A stretch of DNA of 37,753 bases, taken from a virus. The stretch spans positions 1 through 37,753 of the IMG/VR virus record IMGVR_UViG_3300012346_000262; one strand, given 5' to 3'. Both the position numbers and the translations under genes were made by a program. Positions 1 to 7,157 of this stretch are shown in pieces. The notes beneath the pieces are model-generated. The model had not been told where the DNA came from and did no database searches. It saw only the letters and a list, made by a program, of their open reading frames with translations. The stretch's first letter is position 1, and each line of letters starts with the position of its first letter.

Positions 1-69
1 CTTGGCATAGTTGCCTCCGGTCATCGTGGCATAGTTGCCACCGGTCATCGTGGCAGAGTCGCCACCGGT
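1..69 (-). repeat. Continuation of the 24-bp coding tandem repeat
   Basis: Same unit as at 37656-37753; units at 22-45 and 46-69. Confidence 0.9.
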
Positions 70-870
70 CAAAACAGATAATGCACCGCCTTGCAAAACG
101 CCTTCATCGCCGCACTCCAGTACAGCGCCGATCACCGCAACATTTTTTGCATTTGGCTCATGCTCGATAAGGTAATCCGCAGCCTCTTTTTTGCCGCCAA
201 CAAAGACTACTTTTCCAGTGGGAAATTTACACTTCCCGCCAAGCATTCGGATAGTATTTGAGGCCACTTCAACAACCAACCATTTTGCATCTGATTGATT
301 GATAAAGTTGCTTGTCGTGTGATCGCCTTGACCATATAGCCAGCCGTGCAAGCCGTTACCGCAATCGCTGTTATCAACCCAATCCGGCGCAGTTGCAATG
401 CCACCCACACCCGGCCAGATAAAGCCGTTTCTGCTGCTCATGTCAGCCGCGCAGCAGCGAAGCACTAAAGACGTAGCTGGCTTAAGGTACTCTTCCCACT
501 CTTCGGCAAAAGAGCAGTTATCTGGAGCGCCGATAAACATAGGCGCAATCTGAGCGTCTGTGTAGCCAGCCAAAACACAGCCAATGCGAGTCACGAAAAA
601 CTCTTGATCTTGATTGTGCTTGGCGTAGTCAACAAAGCGCGTAACCGATGCCTGAATGTCGTCAAGCGGTAAAGCCTTGGCAATAGCTTTGTCTTTGGTA
701 GGGATGGCGTAGCTGTTGCCAGTCATGCCCTCTGAAACGCCGATTTCAGCGCCGTAGTGGTCTTTGGCAGCTCTGGCCGCGCCACCACCATGAATGCCAG
801 CAAGGTTGCTGCCGAACACGAAAACTTGACCGTCTTTTGGCTGTGTGCCGTCTTTGTGGGTTTTGAACAT
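1..870 (-). CDS. N-terminal 290 codons of a 354-aa junction-spanning protein: macro-like 'FGSN..HGGGAA / SYAIPT / IGCVLAGY' domain, a central 'CGNGLHGW' domain, and the start of TGG[DN][SY]A[TK]M octapeptide repeats
   Basis: ATG at 870-868 follows an AGGAGAAACTAA RBS. There is no stop before position 1, which is why the ORF track omits it. It is in frame with ORF 37536..37730 once the 23-nt terminal duplication is collapsed. Hand translation: MFKTHKDGTQPKDGQVFVFGSNLAGIHGGGAARAAKDHYGAEIGVSEGMTGNSYAIPTKD...FFVTRIGCVLAGYTDAQIAPMF...GFIWPGVGGIATAPDWVDNSDCGNGLHGWLYGQGD...VLTGGDSATMTGGNYATMTGGNYAK. Confidence 0.8.
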   Translation of the reverse strand, partial: MFKTHKDGTQPKDGQVFVFGSNLAGIHGGGAARAAKDHYGAEIGVSEGMTGNSYAIPTKDKAIAKALPLDDIQASVTRFVDYAKHNQDQEFFVTRIGCVLAGYTDAQIAPMFIGAPDNCSFAEEWEEYLKPATSLVLRCCAADMSSRNGFIWPGVGGIATAPDWVDNSDCGNGLHGWLYGQGDHTTSNFINQSDAKWLVVEVASNTIRMLGGKCKFPTGKVVFVGGKKEAADYLIEHEPNAKNVAVIGAVLECGDEGVLQGGALSVLTGGDSATMTGGNYATMTGGNYAK

Positions 871-937
871 TTAGTTTCTCCTATCGCCGCGACATTGCGG
901 CATGAATTAATTAGACAATAGTTTTATGATTATTGGC

Positions 938-952
938 ATAGGTGTTTTCCCT
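938..952 (-). promoter_or_regulatory. Copy 1 of the conserved motif AGGGWAAACACCTAT (gene direction), candidate phage promoter or operator upstream of the junction gene
   Basis: Minus strand reads CATAGGGAAAACACCTATGCCAATAATC. It overlaps the stop of ORF 951..1277 and lies 68 nt upstream of ATG 870. Confidence 0.5.
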
Positions 953-1277
953 ATGTTTTGAAAAGTGCTTTCAGTTTCTGCTGTATCTCTGGAGTCATAG
1001 GCTTGACCGTCTTTGCATCGCGCTCGATCTTTTCCAATGCCGGGTCTTTTGCATCTTTTGGCCTGTCTCTTTTTTGCTTAGGATAAAGGCTTTTCCAGTT
1101 GTTAATCGCTGCGTCTGTCAAAGCCTCGTTAATGTCCCATCCTTCACCGTAGAGCCTCATGCAACGCATAATCATCAGCTTTTGAGCTTGTTGCGTCATG
1201 GGGCTTTTGTTAGCTTTGCGGGCATCAACAAAAGCTGACCATATTTCGGGGTCTATGTAAGACGGTAGAGGTGTCAT
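951..1277 (-). CDS. hypothetical protein (108 aa)
   Basis: ATG overlaps the methyltransferase stop (ATGA). Co-directional with its neighbours; no family recognised. Confidence 0.6.
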   Translation of the reverse strand: MTPLPSYIDPEIWSAFVDARKANKSPMTQQAQKLMIMRCMRLYGEGWDINEALTDAAINNWKSLYPKQKRDRPKDAKDPALEKIERDAKTVKPMTPEIQQKLKALFKT

Positions 1278-2311
1278 AGCTCCTCGACCTCTTCAAATAA
1301 AGCCTCCTGAACAACGCCTTGCCCATGAAAACGATCTTTGGCCATGCTCAAATTGATCTTGGCTTGTTTGTAGTAAGAATCTTTCAATTCAATGCCGATA
1401 GCCTTTCGACCCATAGAAACAGGGCTGTAAACCTCTGAGCCAACCCCCATAAACGGGGTAAAAACCACTTCGCCGGGGTTGCTGTAAAGCTCAATTATCC
1501 GATCAATGACGTCCAGCTGCAAAGGGTGAACGTGCTTTTCGTCGTCCTCTTCTTTGGAGTCGCGGAATGGCAAAACGTTGTCAATCCTAATATCATCCCA
1601 CACGCTAGAGGCGTAGCGCTGCCAGATGTAATGTGATAGTTTGTTGCTTTTTGGGTCTGTGTGGTCATGGTAGGTGTTGTTCAGGTGTTCCCACAGTTGT
1701 TCGGCTGTAAAGTTGCTTTCGTTGGCATTGTTGAAGGCCTGCAAGATGTTAGGCAAAATCGGAGTGGCGCCAGCGTAGTATTTAAGCCCGCATGGGTGCG
1801 TTACCGGGACTGCGTTTTCGCCTTTCTTAGTGAAAATAAGCATGTAGTCAGGCATAGCCGTAAAACACTGTGTAGAGTCCTCCACAATCAATTTATGCAT
1901 CAGACTTTTAACCATCGTGCGCATACGAACCTTTAGCGGCTCTTTCCAGATCGTGATTCTGTTGCGGTACTCAAAGCCATGTTCTTGGTGCATCCGGATG
2001 ATTTCATGGGGGAAATCCCACAGCCTGCAGGAATTGTCAAACACATCGGTACAGTGAACCGCCGTAATGCGCCCGGGTTTGGTAACTCGAGCCATTTCAG
2101 AGATCAGGTAGTTGTATTGATCCAAAAACTGCTCTTTGCTCTCACAATTGGAAAAGTCACGTTCGGAGCTTGAATAGTTGTAAAGCCCTGCGAACGGAGG
2201 GGAATACACCGACAAGTCAACCGAGTTATCCGGCATCGTTGGTAACACCTCCATGCAATCGCTGTTATAGATCGCGTAGTCGGCTGTAATAAATTGGTCT
2301 TTTGCGCTCAT
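1274..2311 (-). CDS. DNA N6-adenine/N4-cytosine methyltransferase (beta-class motif order)
   Basis: SPPF (motif IV) in 'DLSVYSPPFAGLYNY' lies near the N-terminus. An AdoMet-binding 'VVFTPFMGVGSEV' lies near the C-terminus. Confidence 0.85.
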   Translation of the reverse strand: MSAKDQFITADYAIYNSDCMEVLPTMPDNSVDLSVYSPPFAGLYNYSSSERDFSNCESKEQFLDQYNYLISEMARVTKPGRITAVHCTDVFDNSCRLWDFPHEIIRMHQEHGFEYRNRITIWKEPLKVRMRTMVKSLMHKLIVEDSTQCFTAMPDYMLIFTKKGENAVPVTHPCGLKYYAGATPILPNILQAFNNANESNFTAEQLWEHLNNTYHDHTDPKSNKLSHYIWQRYASSVWDDIRIDNVLPFRDSKEEDDEKHVHPLQLDVIDRIIELYSNPGEVVFTPFMGVGSEVYSPVSMGRKAIGIELKDSYYKQAKINLSMAKDRFHGQGVVQEALFEEVEEL

Positions 2312-3678
2312 TAGATAAACTCCGGTAGTTTGATGGATTGATTGAACTCTTTTGTTTTATGCGTGAAATCACGGTTAGCCGCTTGGACTAGATTACCGTA
2401 AAGCTGGATTGCCTTTTGCGTCTTTTGCTCGAGCGCCTCCATTACACGCTCTTGGCCTTCGCTAATTACCATGTCACATACAACCTCGTTTTTCTGGCCA
2501 AAACGCCAGAATCTGCGAATGGCTTGGTAATACTGCTCATAGCTGTACGTGGGGAAAAATACGGTATGGTTACAGTGTTGCCAGTTTAGCCCCATAGAAG
2601 TCATCTTGGCTTTTGTAATCAGTCGTTTTATGTCACCTCGAGCAAAGGACACCAAAATATCCTCTTTCTTGTCAATTGACATACCGCCGATGATTTCCAC
2701 GGCATCGCGGTCTAGGCTGGCCAACAACGCGCTTTCGTCGTTCAGATTGCACCAATAAACCGACGTTTTATCGCTAGCCAGTTGAACGGCCTTTTCGCAG
2801 CGTTCATTTACGGTTAGCTTTTGTTCCTCACGAACCTCTGTAAGCCGCTTGGCAGGCATGGCAAACAATGCCGATTGCCCATCAATACACCATGTAGCGT
2901 CATTGTGTACGATGTGCTTTTTTACGTGTAATGCGGGCAAATCATACCCAGCATCTGAAAAACCTAAATCGCTTGGCTTTTTGACCATAACAGACCATTG
3001 GTTTACCCACGCAAAGAAGTCTTTTTCTGCATGTGGTTTCAGATAGAACTTTTCGCCAATGTTGCGATTGTTGCTATCCACGCTGCCTTGATTGCTCTTA
3101 AAGAACTTTGTCAGCATGTCCATGTAGCCCATGTAACCCAAAGCCTCGGAGCTGTTCCCAAGCTCGATAAAGTCGTTCGGGCTTGGCGTAGCCGTAGAAA
3201 GGAAACGATACGGGACTTTCTTGATAAATGCGACAATGCTATCCCGAGTTTTGCCTTCAAAGTTTTTCAAGATGCTTGATTCGTCCAACATAACGCACTC
3301 AAAATCATCGGGACTTAGCAAGTGCAACCGTTCATAGTTGCATACGACGATCTTCTTTGTAAACTTACCGTCTTTTGTGTGACAAATATCATCTACTCCA
3401 ATTGTCTCTGCCTCATTCAAGAACTGGAAAGCCACGGCAAGCGGCGTAAGAATCAAAACACGCTTATTTGTGTGTCTAATGATGTTCTCAGCGATTGCAA
3501 TCTGAATCAGTGTCTTACCTAGCCCGGTATCAGCAAATACACCGATACGGCCTTTTTTGATCGCCTTTTGGATAATGAATTTCTGAAAATCAAAGCTGCG
3601 TTCTGGAAACCACTTTGCTTCAAAGCCATAGCTAGACAATGAATGCTTTTTTGCCTCTATAAATTCGAGGTACTTCAC
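2311..3678 (-). CDS. SNF2/DEAD-like superfamily-2 helicase
   Basis: Walker A 'FADTGLGKT' and DExx box 'VMLDESSILKN'. GTG start overlaps the MazG stop (GTGA). Confidence 0.8.
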   Translation of the reverse strand: MKYLEFIEAKKHSLSSYGFEAKWFPERSFDFQKFIIQKAIKKGRIGVFADTGLGKTLIQIAIAENIIRHTNKRVLILTPLAVAFQFLNEAETIGVDDICHTKDGKFTKKIVVCNYERLHLLSPDDFECVMLDESSILKNFEGKTRDSIVAFIKKVPYRFLSTATPSPNDFIELGNSSEALGYMGYMDMLTKFFKSNQGSVDSNNRNIGEKFYLKPHAEKDFFAWVNQWSVMVKKPSDLGFSDAGYDLPALHVKKHIVHNDATWCIDGQSALFAMPAKRLTEVREEQKLTVNERCEKAVQLASDKTSVYWCNLNDESALLASLDRDAVEIIGGMSIDKKEDILVSFARGDIKRLITKAKMTSMGLNWQHCNHTVFFPTYSYEQYYQAIRRFWRFGQKNEVVCDMVISEGQERVMEALEQKTQKAIQLYGNLVQAANRDFTHKTKEFNQSIKLPEFI

Positions 3679-3998
3679 GCCTTATCCTTTCGTTCAATAG
3701 CCGCTTGTTCGCTCCATCCATCAGGATAGCGCTTGGCTAATTTTGCCTCGTTGTGCTCCATTGCGTCCATTAGTGAAAACCCGCATTCATTGAGCATGGC
3801 CACCAAATAAAACAGCACATCGTCGCATTCTTCGAGCACGTTTTCAGTGTCTAGTGGCTTACCATATACCCAGTGCTTTTTTACAGCGTCAACAAGCTCG
3901 CCAGCCTCTCCGCTGATGCCCATAGCTGCGTGAACTAATCGACCTGTCTTATCGTCGGGCTTGATAAATAGCCGCTGCACCATTTTTTCGTATTGCAT
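3675..3998 (-). CDS. mazG: MazG-like nucleoside triphosphate pyrophosphohydrolase
   Basis: 'GISGEAGELVDAVKK' and 'EECDDVLFYLVAM' match the MazG EEXX(E/D) helix pattern. Strong RBS TAGGAGATTGCAATG. Confidence 0.8.
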   Translation of the reverse strand: MQYEKMVQRLFIKPDDKTGRLVHAAMGISGEAGELVDAVKKHWVYGKPLDTENVLEECDDVLFYLVAMLNECGFSLMDAMEHNEAKLAKRYPDGWSEQAAIERKDKA

Positions 3999-4228
3999 TG
4001 CAATCTCCTATTGAAAATTGAATCTTGCCATTCTTTTTTCTTTTTTATATAGGTGTTTTCCCTATGTACTTTCTTTTTATCCACAGCTACCCAAGGTGAA
4101 CATTGTTCATCCGCTCCATTCATAATCTCATTGAAATATATGAACCAAGTGCCAAGAGGGGTTAAGTCATCTCGAAAGCTGCTAACGGGTTCACATATCA
4201 GCTTTCTGTCTGCAAGTCGCTCAACCAA
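3935..4228 (-). CDS. possible small ORF with TTG start (97 aa as drawn); the real extent is doubtful
   Basis: The TTG at 4228 follows GGAGCAAGCG. However, the frame runs through motif copy 2 and 64 nt into mazG. Confidence 0.25.
   Translation of the reverse strand: MVERLADRKLICEPVSSFRDDLTPLGTWFIYFNEIMNGADEQCSPWVAVDKKKVHRENTYIKKKKEWQDSIFNRRLQCNTKKWCSGYLSSPTIRQVD
4049..4063 (-). promoter_or_regulatory. Copy 2 of the conserved motif, upstream of the mazG-helicase-methylase operon
   Basis: Minus strand reads ACATAGGGAAAACACCTATATAAAAAAG, about 50 nt upstream of the mazG ATG. Confidence 0.55.
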
Positions 4229-4701
4229 CGCTTGCTCCAGTGTTAATCGGTTAGTCTTACCGTCTGGGTGTCATTCTTGAGTACGGGCGATTTCAACCCT
4301 ATTAGCTAACCCGCTCTGAGGGGTAAAGATTGTTTAGTAGTGGCGGCAGGACGGCCAGTCCCTGCAATATCACTGTTTGACGTGACCCACAAGCTGCGCC
4401 TCGTGTTTTACCACCGCCTAGACGCAGACTAACTATCCTCCCAAGGTCGTTAACCCTTGCATTTCGGCTGTTTGGTTGCCCGTTAGCTTGCGCTTTTACA
4501 ACCATTCACCACTACTAAACAATCTCAGCGGCCACAAAGCAAAAGCCCCACTAGGTGAACGGGCTAAGGCTTGGTTGCCACCTCGGAGCCGCAACGACGG
4601 ACATCCTAAGCTTTGTCAAACCCGCTCGCCTAGTGAGGCTTACGTATTCGCTTCGTTGAGCTACTACGGGTTACCAATCCGTAGATATTCGCATTATGCC
4701 A
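4229..4701 (-). ncRNA. Candidate structured non-coding RNA or long leader 'A'; core 4311-4531 is closed by a 16-bp perfect helix plus a 7-bp outer helix
   Basis: About 470 nt without a credible ORF in a tightly packed genome. GATTGTTTAGTAGTGG (4328-4343) is the exact reverse complement of CCACTACTAAACAATC (4509-4524). Outer pairing is 4311-4319 with 4525-4531. Internal hairpins include GCAGGAC-GGCCA-GTCCCTGC (4346-4365). Strand is assumed from the neighbouring genes. Confidence 0.45.
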
Positions 4702-4721
4702 TTATTTTTCAGGTGTCGCAA
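4693..4721 (-). promoter_or_regulatory. Sigma70-like promoter candidate (TTGCGA-17 nt-TGgCATAAT) pointing into region A
   Basis: Minus strand reads TTGCGA (4721-4716), a 17-nt spacer, then TGG CATAAT (4701-4693). It overlaps the 3' end of ORF 4702..4905. Confidence 0.35.
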
Positions 4722-4905
4722 TACCCTGCACAAATTTATTGCAATTCCTAAGCGCAATAACCCAAGCGCTCATTTTGTTAGACGGGTATTCCCTATGCGC
4801 GATGTATCTTTGGCAGGTTTCTCTTCGCTGGCAGTACTCAGGCTCAACGTCTGACCATATTTCACCATCACATCTCTGCGCATCTCTGGGTAAGTTGTGT
4901 GTCAT
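4702..4905 (-). CDS. hypothetical protein (67 aa)
   Basis: The internal ATG at 4905 follows GGAGAATGGAAA and overlaps the upstream stop (ATGA). Confidence 0.55.
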   Translation of the reverse strand: MTHNLPRDAQRCDGEIWSDVEPEYCQRRETCQRYIAHREYPSNKMSAWVIALRNCNKFVQGIATPEK

Positions 4906-5120
4906 TTTCCATTCTCCAATGAATATTCCGTAACCCTGCATTTCTCATCCCACCGATTACGAACTGTGACGTTCTTTGATGTGATCTTGTGGCCTTCGTT
5001 TTTTAAGTCCCAGATTCGAGCGGCTAGGCGTAATATGCCTAGATCGCGGATAGCCTCAAACTGGGTTAAAGGCAAGCCGGCTTGCAAGTGGTTTAGAACT
5101 CGTGCGTTTTGGGTTTTCAT
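4902..5120 (-). CDS. small helix-turn-helix/winged-helix DNA-binding protein (72 aa)
   Basis: 'LTQFEAIRDLGILRLAARIWDLKNEGHKI' resembles the short phage HTH family in which an 'ARI.DLR..G' helix is typical. Confidence 0.55.
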   Translation of the reverse strand: MKTQNARVLNHLQAGLPLTQFEAIRDLGILRLAARIWDLKNEGHKITSKNVTVRNRWDEKCRVTEYSLENGK

Positions 5121-5335
5121 TTTAATGCCTCCGGTTTATATTCACGTTTCAATCCAAGTTTGCGGCCATGCGACTCAATAGATTTTTTTGAGCGATGCGG
5201 GTAAGCGTTTCGCAGCTCAAACATCGGTGCGAATCTGAATAGCTGAATGAATCGCTCTTTATCTTCATCGCTCCAATTTTTGGTTTTTACAGGCTCAGGC
5301 CATTTGATATCGAATGCCCATTTAGTCTTAATCAT
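5117..5335 (-). CDS. hypothetical protein (72 aa)
   Basis: ATGA-coupled to its neighbours. 'WSDEDKERFIQLF' is weakly Myb/SANT-like. Confidence 0.55.
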   Translation of the reverse strand: MIKTKWAFDIKWPEPVKTKNWSDEDKERFIQLFRFAPMFELRNAYPHRSKKSIESHGRKLGLKREYKPEALK

Positions 5336-5565
5336 CGGCCACCTCTGCGAATCATGTCAGTCTTATCACGCTGCGATGTTTTCACGGTGTTGATGCTGTC
5401 CCGAGATGGAATATCAATCAACGGGATTGCACCGCGCAGGCTACCGGGTAACGTCATCCGTGCTTCGCACTTTTCTGCGCCTTTTGTGCCGTTAGCGCGT
5501 AGCTTGCTTGTGTCGTGCTTGCTCCAAGATAGCTGCGGTTCGTAGTTCTTTGAAAAAGCGTTCAT
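5332..5565 (-). CDS. hypothetical protein (77 aa)
   Basis: ATGA-coupled ORF in an operon context. Confidence 0.5.
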   Translation of the reverse strand: MNAFSKNYEPQLSWSKHDTSKLRANGTKGAEKCEARMTLPGSLRGAIPLIDIPSRDSINTVKTSQRDKTDMIRRGGR

Positions 5566-5909
5566 TGCTTGCCCTCTGCTTTTGCGATTGCTGCCAACGC
5601 TTTGCGATATGGGTTTTCGTTGTCTTTGTGATATGCAAAAACATCGCCATACGATGCAAGCAATTTCAAAGCTTCCAAAAGCTCAGGGGCTGCGGCGATT
5701 AGGCGGGCGTTTGGCTGATTTAAGTCTAACCCAGCGTCTCCAGCATAATCAGCCCATTCTTGTAAAACAACATCGCCAGAAGCATTAACAAGTTTAATGC
5801 GTCCGTTAACAAAGTTACTAGAACTCCAATCTGTATTGTTTAAATGTTCTCCAAAATCGTATGCGTCAACCCAATGCCACGGCCCCTTTATATGCTCACT
5901 CATCTTCAT
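5562..5909 (-). CDS. hypothetical protein (about 113-115 aa; start at 5909 or 5903)
   Basis: AAGGAAAATGAAGATG provides an RBS and two candidate ATGs. The upstream 59-aa ORF ends in ATGAGTGA over it. Confidence 0.6.
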   Translation of the reverse strand: MKMSEHIKGPWHWVDAYDFGEHLNNTDWSSSNFVNGRIKLVNASGDVVLQEWADYAGDAGLDLNQPNARLIAAAPELLEALKLLASYGDVFAYHKDNENPYRKALAAIAKAEGKQ

Positions 5910-6075
5910 TTTCCTTAAGTAAAAAAGCCCCGCCAGCAAGCTCTAAAGCTCGCAGTAGAAGCGCGATTGTTGCGGCTTGCCTGTCACCGGGTTGTGCGTA
6001 GCTGTTAGCATGTCGCTGCGCTTCCAAGTGGACTAGGCTTGCTGCGTGTTCCTCTGATTGTGTGTAGTGGTTCAT
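5896..6075 (-). CDS. hypothetical protein (59 aa; below the ORF-track cutoff)
   Basis: Hand translation: MNHYTQSEEHAASLVHLEAQRHANSYAQPGDRQAATIALLLRALELAGGAFLLKENEDE. It is the first gene of the leftward arm. Confidence 0.45.
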   Translation of the reverse strand: MNHYTQSEEHAASLVHLEAQRHANSYAQPGDRQAATIALLLRALELAGGAFLLKENEDE

Positions 6076-6113
6076 GCGGAGAATTTAAGCATAGATTTTG
6101 CGGCTTGTGTACT

Positions 6114-6128
6114 AGGGTAAACACCTAT
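6114..6128 (+). promoter_or_regulatory. Copy 3 of the conserved motif, driving the rightward early operon
   Basis: TTGTGT ACTAGGGTAAACACCTATATAAAAG reads as a -35-like TTGTGT, a 17-nt spacer and TATAAA. It lies about 48 nt upstream of ATG 6182 in the divergent intergenic region. Confidence 0.6.
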
Positions 6129-6181
6129 ATAAAAGCGCTTTGCTTGGCTTTATAGTTACACCATCTTAACTAGGAGCAGCA

Positions 6182-6457
6182 ATGAAAAGCAATGACATTC
6201 CAATCACCCGCGCCGAAGAGGAACAGTTATACGGCGTACCAATCACTGAGCATGATATTCATTGTGCCGTGCGCGATCAGCTCCAAGCGCTTGATGCTGA
6301 TGATTGCGCAGAAGTGGCAAGCGAGTTTGGGAAAGAAATTTTGGCCGCGATGTGGAATAAAAAACAAGAAGATGTTGGCGTAATCATGTTTTGCGGCTTA
6401 CGCTCTCTTGCAGAGGCGCGGGCTTATCGTGTTTTAGGATTGAAGGTGAAAGCATGA
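6182..6457 (+). CDS. hypothetical protein (91 aa)
   Basis: Strong RBS CTAGGAGCAGCAATG; first gene of the rightward operon. Confidence 0.65.
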   Translation: MKSNDIPITRAEEEQLYGVPITEHDIHCAVRDQLQALDADDCAEVASEFGKEILAAMWNKKQEDVGVIMFCGLRSLAEARAYRVLGLKVKA

Positions 6458-6678
6458 GCGACAAAGACACAGGCGGTAGCGCTTTTCCTGTACAAGAAAT
6501 TCAAAGAATGGGTCTATCCATGCCTTCGCAACATGGTATGACACTGCGCGATTATTTTGCGGCTAAGGCGATGCAGGCGTTCTTGACAAGAGACCTTGAT
6601 GGAAATTGGAATTTTGCTGCACACGCATATGAGGCTTATCAAATGGCAGACGCAATGATTCAAGCGAGGAAAGCATGA
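6454..6678 (+). CDS. hypothetical protein (74 aa)
   Basis: ATG 6454 overlaps the upstream TGA (ATGA). Confidence 0.6.
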   Translation: MSDKDTGGSAFPVQEIQRMGLSMPSQHGMTLRDYFAAKAMQAFLTRDLDGNWNFAAHAYEAYQMADAMIQARKA

Positions 6679-7157
6679 AAGTACAAATAGACAAGTCGGT
6701 GATTGAGCGGGCGATTGATGCGATTGACCTTTTTAACGAAACCGCATACGGGCATTTTTTGGTTTACAGCGACGACATCGGCGCATTTAATGAAGTCGAG
6801 CACGACCTCCGCGCAGCACTTGCCGCACAAGAGCCAGCACAAGAAGCGATGCTGCACGATTACCCAATCCTCCAGCAGTTCCACACAAAACACGCGCTTA
6901 GCTCAATGAGAGCGCCTTCTTGTTTTTGCTGTGGAAAGCAAACAAGCGCAGCGCGTCCTGTTGCTGTGCAGCATTTAGAGCTTCCCGGCATAGTGATTTG
7001 CCAAGAGTGCAAAACAGCATCACAAGAGCCAGCACCAGCAAAGCCGCTGAGTAAGAAACAAATCAACGAGCTTGCTGGATTTGGCGTAGATTATTTTGAC
7101 CGCATGGATTTTGCCCGTGCAATCGAAGCCGCTCACGGAATTGTGGGGCAATCATGA
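6675..7157 (+). CDS. hypothetical Cys-rich protein (160 aa)
   Basis: ATGA-coupled. 'CFCCGK...CQEC' suggests a zinc ribbon. Confidence 0.6.
   Translation: MKVQIDKSVIERAIDAIDLFNETAYGHFLVYSDDIGAFNEVEHDLRAALAAQEPAQEAMLHDYPILQQFHTKHALSSMRAPSCFCCGKQTSAARPVAVQHLELPGIVICQECKTASQEPAPAKPLSKKQINELAGFGVDYFDRMDFARAIEAAHGIVGQS

Noticed and set aside
207-410. Listed 67-aa ORF on the minus strand
   Set aside because: It lies out of frame inside the much longer junction-spanning ORF (870->1), whose translation has clear domain motifs.
4328-4524. Resemblance of region A (+ strand, GGCCAGTCCCTG...ATAT...CCACAAG) to E. coli 6S RNA (GGCCAGUCCCCUG...AUAU...CCACAAG)
   Set aside because: I am comparing against the 6S RNA sequence from memory. 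The match is only a ~10-nt identity plus two short words at different spacing, and the element does not obviously fold into a 6S-type rod with a central bubble. It is worth a cmscan, but I do not claim it.
4328-4524. MITE, retron or transposon-associated guide-RNA interpretation of the 16-bp inverted repeats (also 32965-33122)
   Set aside because: There are no target-site duplications flanking either element, and the two elements have different arm sequences. The genome has no reverse transcriptase, transposase, IscB/TnpB or IS110-type recombinase gene.
4302-4751. ORFs 4302..4505(-) and 4476..4751(+) inside region A
   Set aside because: Their translations are Arg/Gly/Pro/Ser-rich with no RBS or coupling. 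Both overlap the long-range helices, so they are more likely chance frames in structured non-coding sequence.
5905-5945. GGCGGGGCTTTTTT on the minus strand, considered as a terminator
   Set aside because: There is no complementary upstream arm to form a stem, and the sequence lies within the coding region of the 59-aa ORF (…LAGGAFLL…).
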